DNA of 63,539 nucleotides, the filler included, from Stramenopiles sp. TOSAG23-3 (taxonomy: Eukaryota): NCBI GenBank assembly GCA_900128585.1. It is 51 parts of 51 records of this genome, joined end to end, with 100 filler letters (N's around TTAATTAATTAA, not from the genome) between each part and the next. Parts side by side here need not be neighbours in the genome. Positions count along the whole stretch, not along the records: positions 30,074 to 31,220 come from LT646389.1; positions 31,321 to 32,466 come from LT646390.1; positions 32,567 to 33,712 come from LT646391.1; positions 33,813 to 34,958 come from LT646392.1; positions 35,059 to 36,204 come from LT646393.1; positions 36,305 to 37,450 come from LT646394.1; positions 37,551 to 38,696 come from LT646395.1; positions 38,797 to 39,941 come from LT646396.1; 43 more parts are not named here. One strand, written 5' to 3'. Each line of letters starts with the position of its first letter. Position 1 is the stretch's first letter. Of the stretch, positions 30,178-41,663 are shown one piece after another. The notes under the pieces were generated by a model. It searched no databases, was not told the origin of the DNA, and saw only the letters and a list, made by a program, of their open reading frames with translations. A program made the position numbers and the translations under genes.

Positions 30178-31098
30178 ATGGCCCCGGCCTCTACGACCGC
30201 GGGCTACGTCACCCGAGTCTTCCCGAACAAAGCCTTCTGCATCGTCAACGGAGACATCTACGTCGGGAAGCCCGTAATCGAGGCGTCGGGGAACGATTGG
30301 CCCCCGCTCATGGGCCAGGGCGTCCGCGTCCCGGTCGTGCCCGGCAGGCGAGACACCCGGAACCGGTGGAAGGCGGTCGCGTACGCCCGGGAACCAGCGT
30401 TAGACTTTCAGCAGTTCCCCCACATGGGCGTCGGCGCGCCGCCTCCCCCCGGGGTCTACGGCCCGCCCCCCCCCCTGCACATGTTTGCGGGCGGGATCCC
30501 GAACATGAGCCACCACCAGATGGCCATGGGGATGGGGATGCCCCCGCCACAGATGGCGTTCCCCCAAATGCCACTCCCCCAAATGCCACTCCCCCAAATG
30601 CAGCACGCCGCCATGGTCGCCGCGCCGCCCCTTTCGTCCGCCGCCCCGAAGGCCGACGGGGCAGAGGACCCTCCTCCTGGCGAGGCGAACGCGCCCGGGG
30701 AGGCGGAACAGCAGCAGCAGCAGCAACCGCAACAACCACCGCCGTACAACCACACACAGCAGCAACCACCGCTTTCGTCGCAGTCGTACGCAAACCTGTC
30801 CCAACAGATGGCCGCCATGGCCATGCCCTCGGCGTCCCACGGGCCCCCGGCGATGGGGATGTACCCGCCGCCGATGGGGATGCCAGGGGGAATGCCGCCG
30901 CACATGGCCGCCCCCTATGGGCACACGGGTTTCCACCCTCAGTCGACCATGTTTGGGGTAGTGACCCGAATATTTGATGCCAATGCAAACGATTACGACG
31001 AGGAGTCGAATGGAAACCGTAAACTATCCTCCTCGTACGTTGATAAATACGACGACCGTGTGAATCGTAGCAGTGACAGCGGAGGACGGTTGGTGTAA
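30178..31098 (+). CDS. Pro/Met/Gln-rich protein with an S1-like OB domain (CCAR1/DBC1 type)
   Basis: GYVTRVFPNKAFCIVNGDIYV...PLMGQGVRV...RWKAV; a second copy begins (FGVVTRIF) and breaks off. Confidence 0.6.
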   Translation: MAPASTTAGYVTRVFPNKAFCIVNGDIYVGKPVIEASGNDWPPLMGQGVRVPVVPGRRDTRNRWKAVAYAREPALDFQQFPHMGVGAPPPPGVYGPPPPLHMFAGGIPNMSHHQMAMGMGMPPPQMAFPQMPLPQMPLPQMQHAAMVAAPPLSSAAPKADGAEDPPPGEANAPGEAEQQQQQQPQQPPPYNHTQQQPPLSSQSYANLSQQMAAMAMPSASHGPPAMGMYPPPMGMPGGMPPHMAAPYGHTGFHPQSTMFGVVTRIFDANANDYDEESNGNRKLSSSYVDKYDDRVNRSSDSGGRLV

Positions 31099-31320
31099 AA
31101 CGTTCCTTGAGAAGAACAACGTTCTAAAGATTTTGTATTGTGGGCAATTAAGTCAAGTGTATGACAGAACGAAAACGGAAGCGAGAACGGGAAGGAATGA
31201 AAGAATGAAAGAAAGAAGAANNNNNNNNNNNNNNNNNNNNNNNNNNNNNNNNNNNNNNNNNNNNTTAATTAATTAANNNNNNNNNNNNNNNNNNNNNNNN
31301 NNNNNNNNNNNNNNNNNNNN

Positions 31321-31395
<75 letters not shown>

Positions 31396-31397
31396 AA
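31321..31397. repeat. (AGAA)n microsatellite at a contig start
   Basis: Direct observation. Confidence 0.95.
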
Positions 31398-31783
31398 TTA
31401 TAATAAATATAAAATTAAAAAATATAATAAATTTTTTTTAAAAAACAAGATAATCGAGTTTAAATTATATGCTGTGTCTATATATCATGAATGGTTTTTG
31501 TATTATTATTTTATTTATTTTTTTACGAATTAGAGATTCTTCCTGGCCTAACAATTTTAAACTAATAATAACATATGCACAGCATTGAATTCTACTATCG
31601 ATCATCTCCTCTCTCTCGGAAATGACATAAAGATACAAGAAATACATCGACACACCATCATACACGCTTCTCTCTCAAACGCTCATGGTGGTGCACCTTT
31701 CTTTCCATTCGTTCTTCCCCGTTCGTACACAACGCGCACAACCGAACGAAGGAAAGACTGGAGCGGGAAAACGGGTCACTCCC

Positions 31784-31848
31784 TGTTCCTCTAGAAACAT
31801 TCTGTTTACGTCGAAACATTTTGTTCCTCTAGGAACATTCTGTTCACG
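31784..31848. promoter_or_regulatory. Duplicated 27-bp element with an internal palindrome, upstream of the peptide-precursor gene
   Basis: tgttcctctagaaacattctgtttacg (31784) and tgttcctctaggaacattctgttcacg (31822); function is inferred only. Confidence 0.35.
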
Positions 31849-31895
31849 ACCAACCACCCAACCACCCACCAGCTCTCGCTCGTCTTACCACTGCC

Positions 31896-32242
31896 ATGCG
31901 AGCAACACCCTGGCGGCGGGGCGTCCCGCTCCTCTTCCTTGCGCTTCTCCTGGTCTCCGCGGGGGCGCAGTTCTTTCGCGGCGCCGGCCCCGTTGGCGAC
32001 CATCTCGGGAGACGGCTGGTCGATTTCCAGCCCTCCGAGGATGTCGCCGCAAACATCGACGACGGCCCGAACGATGACGATGATGCGAGCAGCACGCCGC
32101 CCTCCCTTCCCGGGAGACGGCTGGTCGATTTCTTCCAAGTGGAGGGCGGGCGGAGCCAGCGGAATTTGAAGGGGCGGCCGAGACCGAGACCGAGACCGAG
32201 ACCAACACCGAGACCAAGGCCAGCACCGAGACCGAGACCAGC

Positions 32243-32275
<33 letters not shown>

Positions 32276-32466
32276 CGCTCCCAACTACGCGGAGCAAAAC
32301 GGGAAGAGGGCCGCGCAGGAGCAAAACGGGAAGAGGGCCGCCCAGCAAAAGAAAGAGCAACAGGAGAAGAGGGCCGCCACCCAGCAGGAGCAAAAGCAGA
32401 AGAAGGTCGCCCAGCAAAAGAAAGAGCAAAAGCAGAAGCAGGTCGCCCAGCAAAAGAAAGAGCAAA
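31896..32466 (+). CDS. Secreted multi-peptide precursor-like protein: signal peptide, acidic pro-region, RxL sites, (RP)n tract, GKR sites, K/Q repeats; 3'-partial
   Basis: ccATG; PLLFLALLLVSAGA; GRRLVDF x2; QRNL; RPRPRP...; NGKR x2. Confidence 0.7.
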
Positions 32467-32568
32467 NNNNNNNNNNNNNNNNNNNNNNNNNNNNNNNNNN
32501 NNNNNNNNNNTTAATTAATTAANNNNNNNNNNNNNNNNNNNNNNNNNNNNNNNNNNNNNNNNNNNNGT

Positions 32569-33712
32569 GAGGGCGACGCGTGCCCTTCACAATGCCCCCC
32601 GGGAAAGTACGGGACCGCAACGGGAAAAACGAGCGAAGGCGACGCGTGCACGAAGTGCGTCGTGGGAAAGTATTCGGATCAACATGGGGTGACCAGCTGC
32701 ACGCTTTGCCCCACGAACACGTTTCAGAACGAAGAAGACAAAACAAGCTGCAAAAAATGCCCAGCAGGAACACAGAATGAGTTTGGGAGCGACTCTACCC
32801 CTGGAACCCGCGACGCGGAAGGAGATTGCGAAGTCTGCCCCACAGGAAAGTACAAAAGTGCCAGCGACGGGACAGCCTGCGCCCAGTGCGAAAAAGGGCA
32901 GTATCGTACCCATAGTACGGACAACCAACCCAACCAAGCAGGGTCGGTAGCCACCGCGTGCCCTATTTGTGGGGCAGGCCAGTACCAGGACGAGAAAGAA
33001 AAACCGTCTTGCAAACTATGCGCCAAAGGGCTCGAGAACCTGGACAACGCCGCAACAGTAAATAAGCACGACGCCGCGGGCGACTGCACAGGGTGCAGGT
33101 CTGGAAAGTACAACATCATCCAAGGCGCTGAATGCATCAACTGTGCAAAAGGCCGCCACCGGCCGACCCACGGCGATGATGGGGAAACCGATAAAACGGG
33201 AACTCAGGCCGACCAATACACAGACTGCACCGTCTGCACCACAAGCACGTACACGGACCAGACAGGAATGACCAGTTGCAAGAATTGCCCAGAGGGGACA
33301 GAAATTATAGATACTGTGACCGAAACCTTGCACGATGACTCGGACACCTGTATAGTCTGCGCTACCGGAGAATACAACGAACAGACAGGGGGAACATGCA
33401 AAGAGTGCCCCATAGGGACGCATCGGAGCGACCATGTAAGCAACGGAGCCTCGTACAATTCAAACTCTCCAAACAATGGACTCGCAAACGCAGAATCTTC
33501 CTGCATCGTGTGCGACTCAGGAACGTACGCGGACCAGACGATGCTGGCGGAGTGTAAAGGGTGCCCAAAAGGTACAAACCGCCCAGCGCAATCGGGGAAG
33601 GACGCTCAAGGGTGGAGTGGAAGCAATAAAGATGTTGCGGATCAAGTCGGTGACTGCATCGTTTGTGCAAAGGGTAAATTTCAAGACCAGCAAGGAAAGA
33701 TCGAATGCATTC
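32569..33712 (+). CDS. Cys-rich surface protein with ephrin-receptor-like/GCC2-GCC3 repeats, partial
   Basis: Repeated CxxCxxGxY units across the contig. Confidence 0.85.
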
Positions 33713-33812
33713 NNNNNNNNNNNNNNNNNNNNNNNNNNNNNNNNNNNNNNNNNNNNTTAATTAATTAANNNNNNNNNNNNNNNNNNNNNNNNNNNNNNNN
33801 NNNNNNNNNNNN

Positions 33813-34958
33813 TGGCTGTTGTATGTTGCCTACAAGCTCTTGGACAAGACCTCCGATATCAAGAAAGAACTGGCAAACGTGGCTAATGGAAGCAACACAG
33901 CTGGTAACGGGATTGACAAAACCATTGGCTCAACCTTGGGTGAAAAGTGGCTAGGATTTTGCGGGGGCTTCGAGCCAGAACATGTTATTCTGTACGATAT
34001 TTTGGACAATTCCGTTCAGGGCACCCCCAAATTTGATTCAGGGAGCACGCCGGAAAACGACCGCGAGGGCAGTGGGGGTTCTATTTTTGATTCCTTTGAA
34101 TTTTCAAGGCCGCCAGTTAGGCAAACGAGTATTTTTGATTCGTTTGACATGCCATCCGCGGCAAGCCAACCCGCGGAAGAAAACGCCATACCCGAATTAG
34201 ACGATGACACCCCCGACCAGAAGCTAGCAGTTTTTGTTGCGGCAATGAAGCTTTATGCCGGCATGGGCTTTCCTTTAATTGCACTTGAACTAGCTGGAAA
34301 TATTTCCAACGGCTCCGAAAACAAGTTTCATACTGCAGCAATCGAGGATTTTTCGTACCGGTGCGTCGAAAGACTGGTATCCTTGTATTTGGACGCTGCC
34401 ACGAGTGAGCGGACCGACGACGACATTCTGCCAACCGTTCTTGACCTGTTGCTTCAAAATGTAAACAATAAGAGAGATAACAGGCTGCTGGAATCATTTT
34501 ACGTGAACCGCTTGTACGGAAGCGAGAAGCAGTATCAGGCGTTAATATTATCGAACGCGCTGGTGCCCGGGAACGAGTCGCGTTTAGGCAAACTCCCAGC
34601 CGTAGCAAAGCATCTTTCATGCATGCTTATGCTCTCTGCTCGCAATGGCATGCTCCTCTCCTCTCCCAATATGATTCCGTCCCGGACCAGAATTTTTGAT
34701 GTCTGGAGACGGCACACGAAGAAGATTTTGAGCATTGTGCAATATTGCGACGATAGAGGCCTGTGGGGCCAATCTGCAAAAGGGTCGGAAGAGTACTTAC
34801 AGCTTGGGCGAAGGCACATCGTACTGTTCACATCAGTCGTAGTTGCGTTGCGCTTGGCATGGCACTTTCGCCAGATTGTTTTGATGTCTAAGATGCTCTG
34901 TCAAGACGACGGTACTGGGAACGACGACTTCTTTGCTCGGTTTATGTCGTCCCCAAAG
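33813..34958 (+). CDS. Possible DmX/Rav1 (RAVE complex)-like protein, internal fragment
   Basis: AAMKLYAGMGFPLIALELA resembles the DMXL/Rav1 GCPxLALE motif; SIFDSF x2. Confidence 0.5.
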
Positions 34959-35060
34959 NNNNNNNNNNNNNNNNNNNNNNNNNNNNNNNNNNNNNNNNNN
35001 NNTTAATTAATTAANNNNNNNNNNNNNNNNNNNNNNNNNNNNNNNNNNNNNNNNNNNNTC

Positions 35061-36204
35061 ACAGAGTCTGGTGGCGCCGCAGCGGCAGAAACGGAAGCCC
35101 CGGAGGAGCGGGTTGCGGTCGAAGCCATTTTCGATTCTTCTGTTCTTCACACCTTCGAGGTCTCGCTAGTGAGCATAGTGGGCGCAGACGGGAGGGTGGC
35201 AACGAACTACGAGTCAATGCCATCTTTTGTTAAATACTCGTTTCCTTTTGAGCACCCCGGGGACTCAAATATTGGCACTACCACACTGTGGTGGGACCCC
35301 AGCGACAACGACTTTAGCTCCACGTCCGCGCATAGTGTAAAGATCCCCAGTAGCGTAAGCGAGGAGACCGATTACATCAGAGACATTTTCCGAAAGAAAC
35401 ACCCGCAGTCCGAAGGACTTCCTTTGGAACTCTGGGGCTGGGTTCTTCCCGAAGAAGCTGGTGGGGCAGAGGCCGTGCCGACATGCGTCAGAGTCGGCGC
35501 TTCTGAAGTGCCCTTTGAAAAGTTCATATCTCTCATGACCGATGATTCTTTGGCCGGAGAAACTGTCGTGGAAACCCCAGTATCCCCCCGTGGAGGTGCA
35601 AGTCCGGCTACTGCTCACGTAGAGGTGCAGTTGCGGTACTCCCGCAAGCTTCAGAAAACCACGAGCAGTAGCGTATCACCCGCTCTACCGGACGATACGA
35701 TGGAGGAGGTGACGTTGCTGAAAACGAAAACGACGACAAAAAATTTGTTGCCTGCCAAGTCGGGCCTAGTTGTTCACGTCGGCAGCATCAGCTCCAAGGT
35801 AGGCACTGGTTGCTGCGAAGTGGAGTACTCAATGTTTACCGGCAACGCAGATGACTGGGTCACCACGCGCACGACACGTTCAATCGACAAGGCCGGGGCG
35901 CACGTTTTGAATCACGAAAGCGAGATCCCGGTGTCAATAAATGCCGATTTGATCGATTTTTTGACGAACGGGGAAATCGAATTCAGCGTATTTCACCATG
36001 GGAACAGCATGCAAGACATCGGCTCTACCGTAATTCCACTGGGCTCGTTTCTGCAAGGAGAGGCGGGCATTTCGGGCGTATTCCCCATTCTGGCGAAATC
36101 AAGCGGGAAGGAAGAAATCGGAACCCTTCGCCTTGCCATCTTTTTTTCGCACCACAGGAGTGCACTGAACAAATTTTTGGACACCGCGGAGGACGATGAT
36201 GCAG
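35061..36204 (+). CDS. Multi-C2-domain protein (centriolar/ciliary C2CD3-like), internal fragment
   Basis: SFVKYSFPF; LNHESEIPV...IEFSVFH...IGSTVIPL...GISGVFPI...IGTLRLAIFF. Confidence 0.6.
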
Positions 36205-36304
36205 NNNNNNNNNNNNNNNNNNNNNNNNNNNNNNNNNNNNNNNNNNNNTTAATTAATTAANNNNNNNNNNNNNNNNNNNNNNNNNNNNNNNNNNNNNNNN
36301 NNNN

Positions 36305-37450
36305 ATTAAACACAATCCATTTTAATTATATTCCTTCCATCTTGTTCTATATTATATATTCATTCATTCAACTTCAACTTCCTCGTAGGCCATACCAGCA
36401 GTGCGGAAGTGGTCATGAAATCGCTGTGTCCCCTGAAGGAAATAGAGCAGGTAGTGCAGCAGTACAGAAGTGATGGGGTGTTTGAAGCCCAGATGAGACG
36501 CTTTGTGTCCGCCGAGTCCGCGATGACCACAAAGCAAAGAAAGCAGTATGCCCTCGCCCAAGAAGCATACAAGCTGGAAAGTGGTGAAACTGCCGAAGAC
36601 TCGTTTTTAAGAATTATGAAAGCACCAGGCAAAGATAGTTCGGCTGGCGGCGGTGGCGCTGGCAATCAGGAGTCAAATCAGACGTCCACGGAGACCATTT
36701 CTTTAGAAGCAATGACGGCCAACAGCCGAAGCCTAGCTGCGCAGTCCAAGTGGAAATCAAAGCATGGGTTTGCCGGCGGCAACAAGGGTGCGAGGAAGTC
36801 GAACACGTCTGACAACATCGCGGACAGTGGAAAGAAACGTCCAGTTGCACGTCCATCTTTTAGAAAATCTTCGCTATCTCAAAAAAAATAACGGTGTTAC
36901 CTATTACTCTGTGGGTAAAGAGAGAGTGAAAGGTCTTTGTAAAGTATTATTTTTACCCCCTCCCCTGGTGATAACCTACGGAAGATTTGACGATTGTTTT
37001 TCTCGGTGTGACTTTTTTACTACTCCTCGTAGTCGTCTATCTTTATTGAGATGCCTTCTTCCAAAAATAATTACCATAAAAAGTACCAATTGATATTTGT
37101 CTATACCACCGGTACAGGTAAATACAATAGAAATCATTTGTGAGTCGCACGTCATCAAATTCCTTCTGACTACATCATAAAATTAAGGAATTAATTATTT
37201 ATCAAACTTTTCATCTTTTAAATAATATCTAGTAGTAGTATATTAAATCAAATTGTAGTATTAATATATCCTTAAGTTTTATTCGAAAATTTTCGAAATT
37301 TTGTTTTTTTAATTCTTCTACTAGGACTACTATTTTTATTTATTTTCGCCGCAAAAAAATCAATTACACGAAGGAAGTTGAAGTTGAATGAATGAATATA
37401 TAATATAGAACAAGATGGAAGGAATATAATTAAAATGGATTGTGTTTAAT
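36305..37450. repeat. Contig bounded by perfect 79-bp inverted repeats (36305-36383 and 37372-37450)
   Basis: Base-by-base reverse-complement match; base 80 differs. Confidence 0.95.
36385..36891 (+). CDS. Hypothetical protein C-terminus, cut at its 5' end by the inverted repeat
   Basis: Coding-like GC starts immediately after the AT-rich repeat arm. Confidence 0.55.
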   Translation, partial: VGHTSSAEVVMKSLCPLKEIEQVVQQYRSDGVFEAQMRRFVSAESAMTTKQRKQYALAQEAYKLESGETAEDSFLRIMKAPGKDSSAGGGGAGNQESNQTSTETISLEAMTANSRSLAAQSKWKSKHGFAGGNKGARKSNTSDNIADSGKKRPVARPSFRKSSLSQKK

Positions 37451-37552
37451 NNNNNNNNNNNNNNNNNNNNNNNNNNNNNNNNNNNNNNNNNNNNTTAATT
37501 AATTAANNNNNNNNNNNNNNNNNNNNNNNNNNNNNNNNNNNNNNNNNNNNCA

Positions 37553-38696
37553 GACGAGCTCAAAGCAGCGATGCTGCGTCTCGCCGACGAAGAAAACATT
37601 TACGAGGCCCGGGCTGAATTAAAGCGTTTGAGCCTCACTCTCGACAAAAAACACTAGAGCATTTCAAGGGCGACTTCAAGAGGCAACAGAACATATCCGT
37701 GGCTGCAGCAAGGTGCAAGTGGCGCTGGCTCATGCTGCTAAGGACAAAATCTCCAGATTGAACCAAAACGATTTGGACATCATCAATTTAAAGCAAAAGA
37801 TTGAACACTTTTCGAAGGAACGGATCGTTGTAAAGCGTTTGTTGTCAAAACTGGAAGCCCACTCCGCAGATGTTGATGCAAATGTCAAATCATTGAAACA
37901 GTCGAAACTGCAAGAAAACAAAAAGCTTCTTGCAGCTATAGATGTTGCAATAAAGGCGGCAGAAAAAACGTCGGGAAAAGAGAAAGTCTTTCGAGCAACG
38001 TTGCTAGAAATTTCTAACCTTAAAAAAGATATGACTGAAACAAATAGACTTCTTCAAACTGCAGGACCAGATGCGACGCTTCTTTTGAAAGGGCTACGGG
38101 ATCAGATCGAACTGGAAAATACAAACATACTTAACTTGCACCATGCGAAGGCATCCCAGGAATTAACTGCAAACCTAAAATCGTCAGAACGGGCATTGGG
38201 TAAGATTGTTTGCGGCCATGCTGAAACCTGTTCAAAGATATTGGAAATGAACTCGCAACTGAGCACCAAGTATGTGGAAAGACAAGCATTGCAATTGCAC
38301 AAGAGCATCGCAGAAAAGAAACTCACGCAACAAAACCATCGTTGTATCGCTTTTGCATTCGTTGTACGCAAATCAAAGGCAGGCCTTGCCCGTCTTGAGC
38401 GCCAGAGAAAAGTATTGCTTCACGCGACGATGATGATACAAGCCGAAGATTGGGAGAAACCAAGCAAATCCGGCAATACCAGTAGTGAAGGTCCAAAGGC
38501 AGGATCTATAGAATCTAGCTTCGACGCTTCTGGGAACAGTAGCGCGACAGGAACCGGACAGACCATCACTGGGGCAACTGCGATGGCTAGGATCAAGACA
38601 TATCATCCGCACGCACCCGATCACGACAAATTGCTGAAGACCATAGATAAAATTAGCACTCAATCTTTGTTATTGAAAAAGACACGAATGGGCAAG
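37553..38696 (+). CDS. Coiled-coil protein, partial, with an apparent +1 frameshift at about 37646-37651
   Basis: DELKAAMLRLADEENIYEARAELKRLSLTLDK joins TRAFQGRLQEATEH if one A is removed from the A6 run. Confidence 0.6.
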
Positions 38697-38798
38697 NNNN
38701 NNNNNNNNNNNNNNNNNNNNNNNNNNNNNNNNNNNNNNNNTTAATTAATTAANNNNNNNNNNNNNNNNNNNNNNNNNNNNNNNNNNNNNNNNNNNNAC

Positions 38799-39761
38799 GC
38801 GGACAAGTCGGCCATTAAAAAGGCATACCGGAAGCTAGCAATCAAGTACCACCCCGACAAAAACCCTGGAAACCAAGAAGCAGAAGAAAAGTTCAAGGAA
38901 GTTTCTGAGGCCTACGAAGTTTTGAGCGACGAAGATAAGCGCCGACAGTATGACCAATTTGGGGGCGAGGGCGGAGGCGGTGGCGGATTCCCTGGCGGCG
39001 GTATGGGAGGTGGAGGCTTTCAGTTTCACTCCAATGGTGGTGGCCAAGACCCACGGGAAGTGTTTAAAATGTTTTTTGGAGAGCAAGGGGAAGATCCTTT
39101 TTCTGCCTTGTTCGGCAGCGGCGGTGGGCGTGGCGGTATGTTTGGCGGAATGGGTGACGGTTCATTCTTTCCCCAATTCGGTGGAGGGGCAAGCGGCGAC
39201 CCCTTCGCCAGCATGATGGGAGGAGGCATGATGGGGGGCAGCCCATTCGGGGGAATGCAGAGGCCGTCCGCAAATGCCAACAAGCCGGGGATCCTGAAAA
39301 AGGGAACTGCTGTCTTTGTCCACGGCCTGAACGGTGCAAGGCAACACAATGGAAAGATTGGGAAAATATCCGGCTACGATGAACGGAAGGATCGCTACAA
39401 TGTTAACTTGGGCGGGAACTTTATCGCCCTGAAAGTAGATAACATCCAGCAACTGATTCAAAACGTAGAAATTGTAGGCGTTGAGAGTAGGCCGGAATAC
39501 AACGGGAAGCGAGGGTCCATCGTGAGCTTCAAGGATGGCAGAATGGTTGTACAAATTGATGGGGGGGCATCGATGGCCTTGTTGTCTACAAAATTAATTG
39601 TACCGGACAAAACCAGGGTGATCTTGCACGGCCTTTCGCGGGACAAATTCAACGGTTCAAAAGCTACGGTAGTCAATTACGACCGGGCCGCTGATCGTTA
39701 CCTGGTCGAAACTTCAAGAAAAGAAAAAATCAAAGTGAAAAGAATCAACTGCAAATTGTAA
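38799..39761 (+). CDS. J-domain (DnaJ/Hsp40) protein with a G/F-rich linker and three KOW/SH3-like C-terminal repeats, 5'-partial
   Basis: [17 protein letters not shown]...[26 protein letters not shown]...NGK.G.I...DRY.V x3. Confidence 0.92.
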   Translation, partial: ADKSAIKKAYRKLAIKYHPDKNPGNQEAEEKFKEVSEAYEVLSDEDKRRQYDQFGGEGGGGGGFPGGGMGGGGFQFHSNGGGQDPREVFKMFFGEQGEDPFSALFGSGGGRGGMFGGMGDGSFFPQFGGGASGDPFASMMGGGMMGGSPFGGMQRPSANANKPGILKKGTAVFVHGLNGARQHNGKIGKISGYDERKDRYNVNLGGNFIALKVDNIQQLIQNVEIVGVESRPEYNGKRGSIVSFKDGRMVVQIDGGASMALLSTKLIVPDKTRVILHGLSRDKFNGSKATVVNYDRAADRYLVETSRKEKIKVKRINCKL

Positions 39762-40041
39762 AGAGCTTCTTGCTGACGATGATGATGAGTACACACCAAC
39801 AAAACAGAGCAACAGGCAACAGAGCACGAAGAAGAAAGAAGAATGTGAAGAAAAAGAGAAAAAAGAAGAAGAAGAAGAAGAAGAAGAAGAAGAAGAAGGG
39901 AAGAAAGAAAGAAGAGGCAGGAGGAGGAAAAAATAAAATAANNNNNNNNNNNNNNNNNNNNNNNNNNNNNNNNNNNNNNNNNNNNTTAATTAATTAANNN
40001 NNNNNNNNNNNNNNNNNNNNNNNNNNNNNNNNNNNNNNNNN

Positions 40042-40920
40042 GCTTCTCCCACTCGCGAACTGATCAGTTTGGCGAAGAGCAGGTGTTTGCGCTGGAACAT
40101 GGATGCCGAAAGCCTGCATTTTATGGTTCATTTTTGCGCTTCGCAGGTTTTTGCGACAGTGGTGGAGGATTCCCTGTACCCCATGAAGAATGGTCATGTA
40201 AATACTGGAATGAACATATATTCGAACGGCTTGCAAATTCTGAAAAAGGCCAGGGAGAGCAACACGGATGCGATCATGGACATGGCGTTTTCTGATGCCA
40301 TATTTTACTTGACGGAACCTTCGGACGTAGTGATGCTCAAGATGGACGATGTCGCGGCGGAGAACGGTGGCGGCTCAGACTCGAAATCCGACGCCGCCAC
40401 CGAGTCTGCTGCTGGCGACAAACGAGCGTCTGGCCTCGACGAGACCGCGCCTTCCCCCCTGCCTACACGTCAAGAAAGCGACACCTCTACTCCCGGTGAG
40501 GAGGGGCGCCGGCGGAGAACTCGCCGGCCTACGTTTACGGCAATGAATCTTCAGAGCTTTTCGTCCCCCTCGGCGGCCGGCAGCGCGTCGCCAGCTAGGC
40601 TGCGGGCACGACCATCGTTCCGTGCAAGGTTCAGTGTGAACAATCAGCACCTTGAGCCAATGTGGCAGACCCGTCCGTCAACCCTCTCGAACGTCTCTGA
40701 CTCGACCGACGGTGGCCTTGCAGATAATGAGGGCAGCTTTTACAGTACCAGCACGCCGCAGAGTAGCCCGGGGACAAAAGATCCCCCAATGGCTCTAAGC
40801 ACCCCACCGGCTGTTGCATCGTTACCGTTGCCGGGAAGGTCGAAAGTGGACAGTTCGCTTAAAAATTTAGTCATTGAAGAAGAGGACGAGGAGGAGGAGG
40901 AGACAATAGACGACTTGTGA
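40042..40920 (+). CDS. Hypothetical protein C-terminus with a Ser/Pro-rich tail
   Basis: Open frame from the contig edge. Confidence 0.6.
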   Translation, partial: ASPTRELISLAKSRCLRWNMDAESLHFMVHFCASQVFATVVEDSLYPMKNGHVNTGMNIYSNGLQILKKARESNTDAIMDMAFSDAIFYLTEPSDVVMLKMDDVAAENGGGSDSKSDAATESAAGDKRASGLDETAPSPLPTRQESDTSTPGEEGRRRRTRRPTFTAMNLQSFSSPSAAGSASPARLRARPSFRARFSVNNQHLEPMWQTRPSTLSNVSDSTDGGLADNEGSFYSTSTPQSSPGTKDPPMALSTPPAVASLPLPGRSKVDSSLKNLVIEEEDEEEEETIDDL

Positions 40921-41663
40921 GAGAGTAGTGAATTTGTAAGTTCTGTTGCCGCAAAATCGTTTCGATAGATAACGTACGAAGTATGATATGTACGACGTTT
41001 AAAAAACAAATTATATAGTATGTAATATTTGAGTACAGGACGGCAGATCCGGACAACCTAAAAACAAATACAGTCGCTGCCCCCCTACTGAATTCACCAA
41101 TCGCCAAGACTTAGAGAAATTCGAGCCTCAGTCTAGTTCTCAGTCAAGCGAACCTGTAGATTACGGAACACAGCCAGATGCGGAGANNNNNNNNNNNNNN
41201 NNNNNNNNNNNNNNNNNNNNNNNNNNNNNNTTAATTAATTAANNNNNNNNNNNNNNNNNNNNNNNNNNNNNNNNNNNNNNNNNNNNAATAATAATAATAA
41301 TAAAAAAATACTAAATTGCATTTTTTACAAAAGAGGAATGCTTTAAAAAAAATAAGAAAGGAAAAGAGATAGAGAGAGAAAGAAATGTTTCTTAGTTTCA
41401 TTCCAAGATTTCAAGGCTAGAGCGAACCATTCATCTATTTTTCTACGGTTTGCTGTGTCCTAGTAGGAGTTATCCCTCTGCGTGTGTTTGTGTGTTGAGA
41501 TATACACCGTTCCCGGCTTATATACACCACCGTCGTCAACCTTGGCTTCGTTGGGGGGTTTAGTTAGTAGTTGGTTACTGAGACGTCGCACGACCAGACT
41601 AGTTTATACGTAAAGAGCAAGTCGTCCACAAGCGCAGGGAGGACGACGAGAAGTCAGTGAAAC

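Noticed and set aside
18826-37450. The two inverted-repeat contigs as hairpin telomeres made by the protelomerase
   Set aside because: Resolvase ends give perfect palindromes without a ~1-kb unique loop; the equal 79-bp arms and microhomology fit k-mer limits and MDA inversions better
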